DNA of 64,000 nt from Camelus dromedarius (Eukaryota), in NCBI RefSeq assembly GCF_036321535.1, contig NC_087436.1, positions 76,696,001 through 76,760,000 of the forward strand, written 5' to 3'. Under the pieces are notes generated by a model that saw only the letters and a program-made list of their open reading frames with translations, searched no databases and was not told the DNA's origin. The number at the start of each line of letters is the position of its first letter. Position 1 is the first letter of the stretch. The position numbers and the translations under genes are program-made. Positions 1 through 12,449 of this stretch are shown here, one piece after another.

Positions 1-554
1 AATGAGTGAAAACAGTTTTGATTCCACACTTCCCACATCTTGTACTCTGTTTATCAGAACTACTTAAGATGTTTGACGATTTTAAGAATTTTTAAATGGT
101 AATTTAACTATCAAAACCAAATAAATACCTCTTTATACAGTTTGATATTTGACAAAAAGGGACTTTGAAATCTTTTTAAGTTAATAGCTTAAAGACATTT
201 CTCATAACTCAAGGCCCTCATCTTAAATTCTGTTGTTTTATTTTCTAATCACTGTAAATAAATCCACTTTACGTCTTCTCTACATGACAGAGTTTTTGTG
301 GGTTTAATGCTAGAACTGATCTTAGAACAAAAAAAGATGTTTCAGATATGTATTCACTTTTTGAGACCATTTTATGGGCGGAATTCGGTAGTAGAAGCAT
401 AAATTTTGAAAAATGTTTTCCAGCTTTAAAAATACCAAAAATCACTGGGAAAGTTCAAATCCTAAGGTCACGGCATTCACATTAAACCATATCACCTTGC
501 TTTCCATATGAGTATAGAAGAGAGATGGAGAGGCCAGGTAAGAACCCAGTTACA

Positions 555-745
555 GGAACCTGGGTACAAAGTGGGGCATGTGACTCTGGCCTGACCAACC
601 ACGAAAGATCAGGTGACATTTGGGAAGAGTGAGAAAACTGAACTCCCTCCATCCCGCACAAACTGGATTACAGCCCAAGCTGGACGTGCTGGGGACCAAG
701 CTGCACACAGATGCGTGGCAAGCAGACAGACTCAGGTCCCAGAGG
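555..745 (+). mobile_element. MaLR MLT1-type LTR fragment (5' part)
   Basis: GGGGCATGTGACTCTGGCCTGACCAA resembles an internal MLT1 motif; probable partner of the 2151-2322 fragment. Confidence 0.45.
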
Positions 746-749
746 GCAA

Positions 750-1320
750 CCTAGAGGGGTTTTGAACTCACCTTCTCCCATGGACACACCAAATCTTCAG
801 CCACATATGAAAGAAACTTTGAAACTAGCCAAGCAACTCCCACGCATTGGATGAACAAGAAGAAAAACACACGAAAATGGGTGAGAGAGACCAAGACACA
901 ATCTCATCCTGAACCCCACCCTTGGCACAGCGACTCACAGTCAAGAGGTGACTTACAACCCCCAGCTTCTCCTGAGGAGCCAAGGTGTGAACCCTGAATC
1001 TGGCAGCTCAACTTCTGAGACCAGCACCTGAGAGATGGCTCCCAAAGCGTCTAGCTTTGAATGTCAGCAGGGCTTCTGTTCACAAGACCCACAAGGCTAT
1101 AGTGACCTGAGAACCAGTTCTTAAATGTCACATGAGGACTCACTGTGGCTACACCCCAGGTGCAGAAACAGCTGACTGAAACACCCAGTCTTTCTGTAAA
1201 AGTGGTCTATTAACTCATCTTCATAGCGGCCGACCGAGGGGCAGGGTTTCAATTAAACACAGGTCTAAGTGGCCACTGTAATCCTCCCCTGAGACTTCCA
1301 GAAGGAGGTGCTTTCTTTAC
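750..1320 (+). mobile_element. LINE-1 5' UTR fragment (older laurasiatherian-type L1)
   Basis: TTTGAACTCACCTTCTCCCATGGACACACCAAA...CACCTGAGAGATGGCTCCCAAAGCGTCTAGCTTTGAA resembles recalled L1 5'-end sequence. Confidence 0.55.
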
Positions 1321-1328
1321 ACTTTCCG

Positions 1329-2150
1329 TGTGAAGATGTACATTTTGGTCTCTGCCTCTCGTTCCTGCTAATATTTGATCTGTGACTTTGGTTCCTCACA
1401 CAGAACTCCTAAAAGCCCTGTAATTTCCTGAGTGCTAAGAGCATCTCTTGTTTTAATGAGGTGATTCTTGGTGGGCTTCTGGATGGCTGGCAATCACCAG
1501 AAAGACCAAGCCATAATTAGAAATTTGGAACTATCAGCCCCATCTCCCCAGTCTCCAGAGAGGGAGAGAGCCTGAAAAATGAGTTCATAATCAATCATGC
1601 CTACATGATTAAAGCTGCTGTAAAATTTTCTAAAGAATTTTGGGAAACACATCTATGTTCCAGGAGGGCAATGCATCCCAACTCCATGGGGATAGGAGTT
1701 TCTGTGCTGAGGTCCCTTCTGGCCATCACCCTTTGTATCTCTTCATCTGGCTGTTCATCTTTATCCCTTTGATCGTATCCTTTATTACACAATAAGTTGG
1801 TAACTGTAAGTAGATGATTCCTTGAATTCTGTGAGTTGTTCTAGCAAATTATCAAACCCAAGGAAACGGTCCTGGAAACACTGAGAGCTAGTCAGTCAGA
1901 AGTACAGGTGACAACCTGGGGCTTGCAATTGGCACCTGAAGTGGAGGCAGTCTTGTGAGCCTGAGCCCTTAACTTGTGGGTTCTGGTACTAACTCCTGGT
2001 AGATAGCGTCAGAACTGAACTGATGCTAGAACACCCAGCAGGTGCTGGAGAACTGGTCATTGTGGAAACAAACCCACACATCTGGTGCCAGAAGCATTCT
2101 AAGTGTGGCAGTAGTGTGAAAATAAACAACACAGTGCATTTTTCCCCACA
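1329..2150 (+). mobile_element. MER21-like solo ERV LTR
   Basis: TG...CA ends; recalled MER21 motifs CACCAGAAAGACCAAGCCATAATTAG, CTCTTCATCTGGCTGTTCAT, GTTCTAGCAAATTATCAAACCCAAG and AGAAGTACAGGTGACAACCTGGG. Confidence 0.8.
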
Positions 2151-2322
2151 TGGCAAGAGATCAAGAGAAAGGAAGGCTTGGTTACATTGCTGGAATTCTG
2201 AATCTTATACCTGAATTTTGCTTGTGCAATTATAACAAAAATAGTAACAATCCTTTGTTCCTAATGAGAGTTGGAGTTATGTTCGTGTCGTTGTCAACTG
2301 AAAGAAACCTGACTAAGAGACA
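2151..2322 (+). mobile_element. MaLR MLT1-type LTR fragment (3' end)
   Basis: Ends ...GTCAACTGAAAGAAACCTGACTAAGAGACA, similar to the MLT1 3' terminus. Confidence 0.5.
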
Positions 2323-4352
2323 ATGTTTGAAGTTAGTGAATTAATAAATTAATATGTGATTAAGAAAGAACTCACCACCACAAGGAATATGAAAGCTACC
2401 TAAGTTGCTTGTTATAGTATGATGCCAGATCTTCTAAATAAGCTGTACTTTAATGTTCGTCAAAAAAGAGTAAGGAGGAGTTCGAGGAGAGCATGATCCC
2501 TTTCTGACTGCCAAAAAAAGACAGTTAAGATGGGTGTGATTCATTCTGAGCACATATATTAGTTGGCTGGTTGTAATATTGAATAATGCTTTTGGAACAT
2601 TTGTCCCTGTATGTAAGAAGTGGGATCTCTAGTGAAAGACAAATTCTTTTGTAAAGGTTCCCATTATTACTGTCACATTCCTAGGGGTAGGATTGTGTCT
2701 CTCAGACAAGTATTGGATGGGTGATCATAGAGAAAAACAAAATTAAATTATTCTACTGAGCTCTCAAAGGTAGAACTATAAATAATAGTTACAGGGTGTA
2801 AGATTCAAATTCAATAGAAAGAATGGCTCTGTAGCATTCCTCATCATTGTAAGTGTTCAAATAAGATTTTCCAGGAATATTTAGAGAAGATTCTTGAATT
2901 GAGCAAAGGAAGATGCAGGTGATTCCTGCATTGGATGAGTTCTACTGCTTCCAACTCTAAACTTCAAGTATTCAACCCTCCAAAATCCACACAGAACTGT
3001 TCAGTATGCACATTATTTAACAGTAACACAGAAATCTGAATAATAAGCATTTTCTTACCATTTCTATTTGTATAAAGCATTGTCAGCCATGTAAATAACT
3101 AGTATGCTTCAAATCAATGTTTTATCTCTTTATCTTTAAAGACACCATGTCAGATGTTTAAAACAAGTGGCTGCTGTCAAGAAAATGGATCTGAAGACAC
3201 ACAAAAATAAATCACAATGACCTCCTCATTTGGGGAAAGTTTCACTTGCAATAGAAAGGAAAAACTGGAGTGGGAGAAAGTGTCCTCCAGAAAATTATAT
3301 TTTGCCAAAGGTCATTTTAACTTTTAATAATTTAATCAACCATCTGATTCTGATTTTAAGTCAAGAGTCATAGAAGTTCATTTTATTATAAACAGAAGAG
3401 CTTGTAGTCATTCAAACATTGATGACAGAGAATTCACTGTGCTGGACAGAACTCGGGAGCCAAGTAAAGGAGAAAGATGTCATTTATGTCCCTCATCAAC
3501 TTAAGAGTGTTATCTCCCCCAGGACCATCCTAAAGACACAATTGGGGAAATATTTCCTACTTTCACACATAATGATCTCTGTCCCATCCCTTGCATGATC
3601 TGTGTGTCTCTGAAGCTTGGTTTCAGTGAAAGTGTCTAAAGAAAGACCTTATTAGGGTGAAATACATTTTTGCAGGCATTGATATGATCTCTGGGTTTTG
3701 GGTTGAAGAGACCGTAGGTAATGTCCGGAGAAGGAGAGAGAGGAGAGCGTGGAGCTGCCCTACTGCCGTTGCTCTGTTCGCAGTGAGGATTGAGCCATTC
3801 TAATCCCCTTGGATTTTTTATCTACCAAAACAGCTTGGGCCCATCAGCAAATTGCAGTGGCATATGGTCCAGGTTTACGAGTAATCTGGCACATGATTAA
3901 GGCAAGGGGGGATGTTATCCTTCAGCAAATACTGAAAATATTGTAGGAGAATTTGGTGGGGTTTTAAAAGTCAGACTGATAAAATTATAATTATTAAATA
4001 CTCCCAGAAAATCATCAATTTCGATTTTTGTCAAATTAAAATTTTCTTTAGATATAAGAATTTATTCTGGAAAAAAAAAACCAATGCCCAAGTGTTAAGC
4101 AGTAGTTATTTCTCTGCTGTAGCTTGTATGCTGATCTTCAGGATCTCCGGGGCCACACACGAGGTCTGGGTTTCCATGAGGGTCAGGTTTCCACTTCCCT
4201 GCGATCAATTCACCATTGTATTTACAGCTGTTCTAAGGCCCAGGGATGAGGGAAAATTTCAAAGAGAGGTGTGATGTGAAGACAGGTATAATGATAGATG
4301 GCATCTAATGTGATCTCATCCATGTTTCTCAAACTGGCCACGTCTCCAGGTC

Positions 4353-4520
4353 CAGCAGTGGTTCTCCCCTCTGGACATACACTGTATTCATCTGGGGAGA
4401 TTAGAAACATCTTTAACAGAGATTCAGATTTAATGGGACTTCAGTAAAGCCTACGAATGGCATTTTCAAAAAGGAACCCTAATGTTTCTACCATTCAGCC
4501 AGAGCTACAATCCACTGAAT
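4353..4520. mobile_element. MER5-like hAT-Charlie DNA transposon remnant
   Basis: CAGTGGTTCTC...CAGAGATTCAGATTTAATGG...CAGCCAGAGCTACAATCCACTG, with degenerate CAGTGG/CCACTG termini. Confidence 0.65.
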
Positions 4521-4662
4521 TAGAACAACACTCCAGTGTGCCCAGTGGTACACCAAAGTGTAGGATTAAAAACTGAACACATCTTTCTGGAAAACCCATC
4601 TTGCACAGATATTTGGGGAAGAAAACCTATCATTATGTTTTTGTTCCTCTTAAAAGGTTATA

Positions 4663-4962
4663 TAAATAATGCCATTTGCTGCAACATGGATGGACCTGGA
4701 GATCGTCACACTAAGTGAAGTAAGCCAGAAAGAGAAAGAAAAATACCATATGTTATCACTTATATACGGAATCTAAAAAAAAAAAAAAATGACACAAATG
4801 AACTTGTTTACAAAACAGAAACAAACTCACAGACATAGAAAACAAACTTATGGTTACCAGTGGGGAAAGGGAGAGGCAAAGGGATAAACTGGGAGTTCAG
4901 GATTTGCAGATACTAACTGCTATATATAATCGTAAACTGACTATACGTCAATAAAAAATAAA
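4663..4962 (+). mobile_element. 5'-truncated LINE-1 3' end (ORF2 tail and 3' UTR), internally deleted
   Basis: ATAATGCCATTTGCTGCAACATGGATGGACCTGGAG...AAGTGAAGTAAGCCAGAAAGAGAAAGAAAAATACCATATG is nearly identical to 55540-55650; ends CAATAAAAAATAAA. Confidence 0.9.
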
Positions 4963-7294
4963 GTTAATTATAAGACGTTACACTTATAATTCTAAGACAG
5001 ATATGAATACATACTAAAATACAAAATTTACCTGAGGTTTTCAGGTAAAACTGTGCCCCAATACCTTAAGAAGATTAAGTTTCTTCATTCATCAGACGTT
5101 TTTGAAGAGGTAACTTACATCAGATGTTATGCTTTCATTCAGACTACTTCAGTGCCTTAAATTTCTCCCATTTGTTTACTCATACACAACAATCTAATAA
5201 CTGCATACCTAAATACTCATCTAATCATCAACTTAGGAATATAGGTGTCTGGACGTGTGTATGAGTTTATCTCTTATACAGTAAAAAGTAATTTTTTAAG
5301 GATCCCTCCTGCTAGATTGCATCTATGTCCAAACAAGTTTAGCAGTTACAGGGACAGTTATATAAGCCTGATTTAGATTCCAGTTCCCTCACAGGTTATT
5401 TAACATTTCTGACTGTGAGGACACGAAGTAACAAATTAAGCAGCAGAAGGAAAACAGGTAAAATTCCCATCTCTTTCTGCTTAACGTTGTAGTACTCTTT
5501 TGAGCCACAACACAGTATGACAAAATTTTCAGGTTCTCTGGTTGTTCTGGGCATTATATTCTTACTCTATCAAGTGATTTCTCATTGGTTTAAAGCTAAT
5601 TAGTACTGCAGAAATTCATGACCACTTAATTCAATCTGTATATAAAAGGGATTAAACTTCCCTGAGCTTCAACTGTCAGCACATATGGGAAACAAGCCAA
5701 GTTTAACTTCCATCTTCCAATCTTTGACCTTAAGAAATTGTATCAGCACTTGCTTCAGTAGAGTTCCAGAAAATTCCCTCACTGACGACCTTCCTTACTT
5801 TTCTCCCATTTTTCTCTTCAGCGCTAATTAATAAAAAATATATTGATTCATCTTTACTACAATTCTCAGGGGAAAAAAAATAGTTTTCTTTTACTCTCAT
5901 CAAAGTAATTTTTGCAAAACTTCCACTGTGTAAACGAACCAGTGACCACTTGGCCAACTGCAGAAAAACCACTGGAACATAGTCACCTCATCATGTCAAG
6001 ACTCCTGCACTGTCTGGACATCCAGGAGGGCTTCGTATCCAGAAGTACAAAATGAGACAGAAGAGCAGCCATGAGAGATGCATGGCTTTGGCTCTATCTA
6101 AAACAAAATCCCAAGTTTTCGTTTAAAATATTCCTCCTGAATACTTACATTATTTGAAAAACCTCAAAACCATAAATCAAAGAAATGTCACGGGTAGGTT
6201 GGACTCCCTCAGGATTGGAGCAAAATCTTGAGAAGGCTCCCAAGTGCACTGAGGGACTGGGGGGGAAGGAGAGAACTGGGGACACCAAAGTGGTTTCCAA
6301 CATTGAAAGGAATCAAGTTTCCTCCCGTGTTTGGGAACATCAGAGTGAATTTTGATGACTTGCACGGAAAGTTGTTTAGATGGGTGAGAGCTATTTTACA
6401 GTCTGTCGATTTTTAAAGCAAGAAAGCAAAAGGATCCCAGCACGAGGAAACTGGAGGCTTGGCCAGAATCAGTATAAGAGAGTTGGAAGTGGTTTTCCTG
6501 GCTTCCCCGTGAGTCATGTACAATCTAAGGGTATTAGAGTGAGATGTGGAGAAGGAGTGAGCTACTTATCCTCAACAAAGATGTTTCCAGGGCTGGTAGA
6601 GAAGGAATTAGAGTCAAAGTACAGAGTCAAGAGAGCCAAGATGCAAGGCAAGGAATACAGCGTCAGATTTGGGTAAGACAAATGGGTTTGCTGTTGTAGA
6701 TCACATCCAAGTTTTCCACATGCACATTTGATGCAGTATAATATTTTCTATTAATTAAATTACTTAAGTAATTTTGTGTTAAGATTTCTTATTCATGACT
6801 CAGGTATTCCCAGGATTTCTGGGAAAAACTACTATAGACAATGATTGTCGTTGGAATTCAAGAGTTTACAAAATCAAAGAAAATCCAGGAAAGGCACAAA
6901 CTAACTAGAAACTACAGTCACATCCTTCTTCAAAATTTTACCTTCTTCCAGGGTAAGAGTAGTTTGGAAACGGGAGAAATAATGGCACCATTCACAGAGT
7001 TAAAAAGCATCCTTGTCATTCTGCCCAGGGAATCCCAGCTTTACCAGGGAATTGGCATCCCAAAAAGAGCTTGTTCAGAGTAACTGGGTAGAAATTTTGT
7101 AGTTGTTATAAAAATACAAGGAAGGAATTCTCCCTAAGGGTTTAACTAATCTTGAACCTGGCACACTTATTCTAGGATTTTTTACCAATACTCTGCTTGG
7201 GAACCTAATTTTTTTAAATCAGAGCTCTGGCTTCAAATTATGGTCATCCCCTAATTCTTCCCAACAAATAAAGCAGCTAAAAGTAGTAGTGGCA

Positions 7295-7475
7295 GCGATG
7301 TTACCATTCATTGCATGCTAATTAAGTGCCAGGTACTTCCAGAAACTCAGAAGCATAGTTACTAATCTAACCTGTAAGTTACAGATGAGGAAGTTGAAAC
7401 CTAAAGAAGTTAATCAACTTACCCAGGATTGCCCGGCCAGGATCCCATCTCAGGCTCATGGTCTTATCTATTGCT
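7295..7475 (-). mobile_element. MIR SINE fragment
   Basis: Core motif ACAGATGAGGAAGTTGAAACCTAAAGAAGTTAATCAACTTACCCAGG. Confidence 0.65.
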
Positions 7476-9087
7476 CTATATTGTCCACCTTCCAGGATGC
7501 ATGCATTCCTTTCTCCCACAGATATTGGTGGCACACTGACTATGAGCTAGGGACAGTGTTTTAGACACAGCAGGAAACATACAATATCACAAGTCCCCGC
7601 TCTCTTAGAGCTTACGTCCCACATTCTACACATATATGTCAGGTGCTCTTAAGTGCACCTTGAATGAAGAGGAGAACAGGGCAGAAGGTTAGACAGACGG
7701 ACCCCTCGTCATCTTTGCCCACCTAAAAAATGCAGGCACACCTCTCAGTTACACTATTTTCTTCCATATTGTTATGTCCAAGCTGGTCTTTTTTCCTTTT
7801 TTTCTTAACCAGTCCTCTTACTCTTGTCAACCCTTCCACTCTCCTCTTCACAGAATGTTTCCTAGATTTCAGTGTCTTTGTGAAAATCTGACTCTGATGG
7901 TACCAGGCCCCCTGGAGCCCTCTTGAGAGTTAGGTTGAAGGGCAGCATTTGTAGCTTTAACGCCACATGGCCACACCAAACTTTTGCTTCTCTAAATCCT
8001 TGTAAAAATACATCTGGATATCCCCTCCATCATCCCCACATTTTTGTCACTTCAGTCATCTAATTCAGTATTTGGTTTAAAGTTTCCCTTTCCGCTCTAA
8101 GTTTCATCATGATAACTAGTGATTTCCGCATCCATGTGGAAACACGATTCACACAATTTCTTCCCCACTGCAGACACTCACCATGGCCACCACTGAGACT
8201 TTACCACCACTCACCACCCAGAGCTGACACACCCCTGAAATCCTGAAGTTCTGTGTCCACTCCCTACACACAGTTTCCTATTCTTCTAGCTATTTTATTT
8301 GTGCTATTATCATCTTTGTTTCACATGCTTGACTACACTTGAAATGTATTGATGGTTCCATTCTTACCCATCAGTCGGCCTTCTCCTGTCCCCAGTTCCC
8401 ATGTGGACAGTAATGCAGCATTTGAATCGCTCCTTTGTTGCTCAATCCTTTGTCCCCTGCTGCTGCATCCGCCTACCATAACCTCAGTCTGGTCAATGCC
8501 ACAGTCCCCGCTACCTAAAATAGATGGGGATGGGGGAATAAAACATAAAACTGTGTAGATCCGTGTCACTGTAAGTTAATGGTGTCCAGTTGGCCCTTAA
8601 TATTGCCTAAAATCCTGGAGTGTGTTTCAAATCAGCTTCTCTCTCATTACCCAGGAAAACCATTCCAGCCTTACCTGCTTTTCATAAGCTCCCTATACTG
8701 TAATTTCGTCTTTCACTCTCAGCACAAGGCCTCCTCTCAGATTTTGCAGAAAAAATACAATCAGGTTAAAACTTGTCCAACTTCACACTTACCCACCTAC
8801 ACATTTGCTATATTTGTTTTCTATTTATTTTTTTTTCCTCCTGTGTCTCTAGAAAAGATGTTCTATCCTCTTTTCTGAAGCTAATTCTGTCATCCCCTCC
8901 AACTTCCAAACAGGAGTTGTTCAATCATTTATTCTCTCTTATGATAAATTCCCTGACCTCTCTCACTGTTGACATGTTCTCTCTTGCAAACAAGGTTGTT
9001 CAAGCCTCTACCATGCAAAACACTCTCCTGTAACCCTCTGTCTGCCACTAACTCCTATTCAGTCTTTCTGCTTTAAATACAAGCTAG

Positions 9088-9090
<3 letters not shown>

Positions 9091-9118
<28 letters not shown>
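9091..9118 (+). repeat. Poly(A)28 tract
   Basis: Read directly from sequence. Confidence 0.95.
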
Positions 9119-9221
9119 GTGTGTACATTCATACTTTAAATTCTTATAATTCACCTCACTCCTTAACTCTTGCTTTCTGCAGCCTTCACTCCTACCATGG
9201 CATTGAAATAATTCTTCCAAA

Positions 9222-9942
9222 TGTAGGATGACCATGCATCCCGGCTTTCCAAAAAAATGTCTAGTTTATACTTGTCCTGTTGTAATTTTTAACAACAATC
9301 CCTGTATTAGTCAGGTTTTTTTTCCAGAGAAACAGAACCAACAGATTGTGTAGATAGATAGATAGACAGACAGATAGATAGATAGATAATGCAGCTAGAG
9401 ATATAGAAAGAGATTCATTATAAGGATTTAGCTCACATGATTACAGAGGCTGAGAAAATCTGCCATCTGTAAGCTGGAGACCCACGAAAGCTGGTGGTGT
9501 CATTTCAGTCCAAATCCAAAGTCCTGAGAACCAGGAGAACTGATGGTCTAAATTTCAATCCAAATCTGAAGGCCTGAGAATGGTTTCAGGAATGCCAATG
9601 ATGTGAGTCCCAGTCTGAGAGCTGGAGAAAGCCATGTTGCAGCTCAAGTAGTCAGGCAGAGAGTGAATTCTCCCTTCTTTGGCTTTTTTGGTGTATTCAG
9701 GCCTTTAACTGATTGGATGATGCCCACACCCCTCACTGGTGAGAACAATCTTCTTTAATCAGTCTACTGATTCAAATGCTAATATTATCTAGGAATACCT
9801 TCATAGACACATCCAGAAATAATGTTTATGAAAAAACTGGGCACCACATGGTCCAGTCAAGTTGATACATAAAATCAACTACCAGAATCTTTTTCATTCT
9901 CAAATTTATTTTATATTGATTGATAATTTATACCATCACTCT
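9222..9942. mobile_element. MER96-like small hAT element split by an MLT2 LTR
   Basis: Left part TAGGATGACCATGCATCCCGGCTTTCC; right part GATAATTTATACCATCACTCT; degenerate TAGGGTGACC-type termini. Confidence 0.55.
9303..9886 (-). mobile_element. MLT2 (ERVL) solo LTR with internal (GATA)n
   Basis: TGTATTAGTCAGG...CCAGAGAAACAGAACCAA at one end and CCAGTCAAGTTGATACATAAAATCAAC at the other; flanks ATCCC/ATCTT may be a degraded TSD. Confidence 0.9.
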
Positions 9943-12449
9943 TTCCACTTTGTAACTCTTAACTGGCTCAACGGTGCTGTGGTAATTGCCTCTGTACTGC
10001 AGGCTGTTTCTTTGAACTCCTTTGACTCTGGGGGACTATTCTTACATGGTTATAGTCTGACCTCATCAGCTATTGCTTTTCAGCCTCTTCTATAATCTGC
10101 TCTTTCTCTACCTGCTCCTTAAGAATCAGTATTTCTCTAGGTTTATCCCTTGGCCAATCCTTCTGGGCAATACATTCGTACTAACAGCGTCAACCATTAT
10201 TATAGTACAGTAACGCCCAACTGTACATCTTTAAGCCCAGATCTCCCTCCTGACTTCTAGGCTTTCATAAACAATCATTCATGGGTATTTCCACTTGGAT
10301 GCCTAAAAAGACATCGTAAACAGAACCCGTCTCAAACTGAACCCCTTAGTTTCCCTCCCTACCTGTTTCTCTTCCCAGACACCCCACTACTACCCCATCT
10401 ATGTGAATGGCAGGACTCATACCCTTTGTTCAAATCAGAGACCTGAACGTCATCTTTGACCCAGCACCTCTCACTCCTCTATCCTATATCAAATTTGTCA
10501 TGATTTTCAGTTGATTCTACTTTTTAGAACATTTCTTAAATCTTGACATCTGTGCATGTCAACTGTGATTACCTTGGTACAGAACTTTATTAGTTCTCAT
10601 TGTGGTTTACAATAATAGCCTTTTGTCTCCCTACCTTCACTTGTAATCCCTTTAATTTACATGTCATGCTGCCACCAGTTTGATCTTTCTAAATCCTATA
10701 ATGACACTTATCTAAGTTTACCTGCCCAGTCCTTGCACCCTCTATACCAGTGTACTCAACTCAAAATTACTGATTTGACTCAAGTCTTTCATGCTTCCGT
10801 ACATGCTTCCTTCTCTCCCTAGAAGGAGCTACTTAAGCATTATTCTTCTTCTAAATTAGTCTCACTTGGCCTTAATATCAGCTCCTTCTGAGAGTCTTCT
10901 AGGCTGGGTTAGGTGGCCCTTCTTACACAGCATCCTTTGCTTCCTTCATCAGCAAACTCATTATCATGTAGTATAATTGTACAGTTGCTATTCACCTCTA
11001 CTGCTAGACTATGAACTTTGAGATGTCTTTGCATCTATTGTGCCTCACATAAAGCCTGACACAGAATAGGCTCTCAGTTAAGGTTTATTAAGTAAATTAT
11101 TAAATGCATGATTATCAGCCAATTAGAAATAATTTCTACCATAGTAGATTACATAGGATTAAAATAATATTTATTTTCTTTAAAAGACTTTAGTTTAATC
11201 CAGAGATCTTTAAATCCTGCCGAAGTGTCAAAATTACTCGGCTAAGTTCTCCTCCATGGTTCAGAGCTTCCATTTCATGCATCACCATGTAACACCTGTA
11301 GCTTAATTTTTTTCTTTGCTATTTATTACTTGTTCATTAAGTCACACCCTGCTGTCTGTTATGGTTATCTTAAGGCTGTGCTTGTGCAGTATTTCAAGAT
11401 TCCAGAAATGCAGACAAGCCATTATGGAGATTCTTTTCTTGCGCAGCCACCTGCTTGCTGAGACATATGTTTCTCTCTCTCCCAACACTTGTGTTTCTGA
11501 AATAATTTAAAGCTAGACACTATAGTAAAGAGTCTCAGTATTAGATTATTACTCTTACCCTCAAAGGATGAGGAATAATTGATTTTTTTCTTGGCCCATT
11601 TGTGAGATAAACTATTTTAAAATTTGTTTAAAAGCAAAATATTAAAAAAGAAATTTAATAGGGATCTATGATTCCAGTGGGAAAAAGAAAAGCTTCCTGA
11701 TTTAGCCGTGGCATCCCAATTGGAATTATAAAGTGATGAGTTACTAAGAAAGTTCTGAACAAGCACCAAAGAGATTTGAAATAACATTAGATAAAGAAGT
11801 ATCTCACGATTGTTACCCTACAACAACAACAAAATCCATATTAAAACTTGACACATTCAAGTTAGAAAATGAGAGAAGCTACAACTTAAATGGAAAATCT
11901 GACTTAGTTTACCCCTAAGAAAAGTTTTGGGTGGAAGGAAAGTAACAGAAATATTTCTTAGTCCACTCTATTTCTGTTGGTAAGGAGTAGAGTTTTCCCT
12001 AGCTCCCAGTAGACCAATAAGAGTCTCTGAAACACCACCCACCAAGAATTCTGCTGATACTTGCACTTTTTCTGTAGCCTTTACTCCATCCATACACAAT
12101 GCTGTAATTTTTGGGATGAATCTTTTGTACACAAATGAAGTTAAATTCAAGACAATGAGAAATGACACAGATATTCTTAAAGCTGTATCCAAAGAGTGGG
12201 AAGGCTGGGATCACTACTCCAGCCTCCCATCCAATCTAGTGATCTCACTAGTCTCTCTCCCTCGCTTTAGACTCTCTCAGGCTAGAGGCATGCTTGGGTG
12301 TGTCTTACCTTCAAGGTGTTCTTCTTCATTTTGTTTTCGGTCTCTGTAGACTCTTTTCTGAAGATCCAAAATGAATTCAACTAAAATTTTATATAAATTT
12401 TATCCAGAATTTTATTTTAAGAGGAATATTTAGAATATCCAATCTTTCA

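Larger units (their letters stand above)
7900..11110 (+). mobile_element. Long decayed L2 LINE, interrupted at ~9220-9940
   Basis: Pyrimidine-rich L2 motifs (AGCCCAGATCTCCCTCCTGA, ATTTCCACTTGGATGCCT, CTAGACTATGAACTTTGAG) and an L2-like tail (CCTGACACAGAATAGGCTCTCAG...AAATGCATG). Confidence 0.75.
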
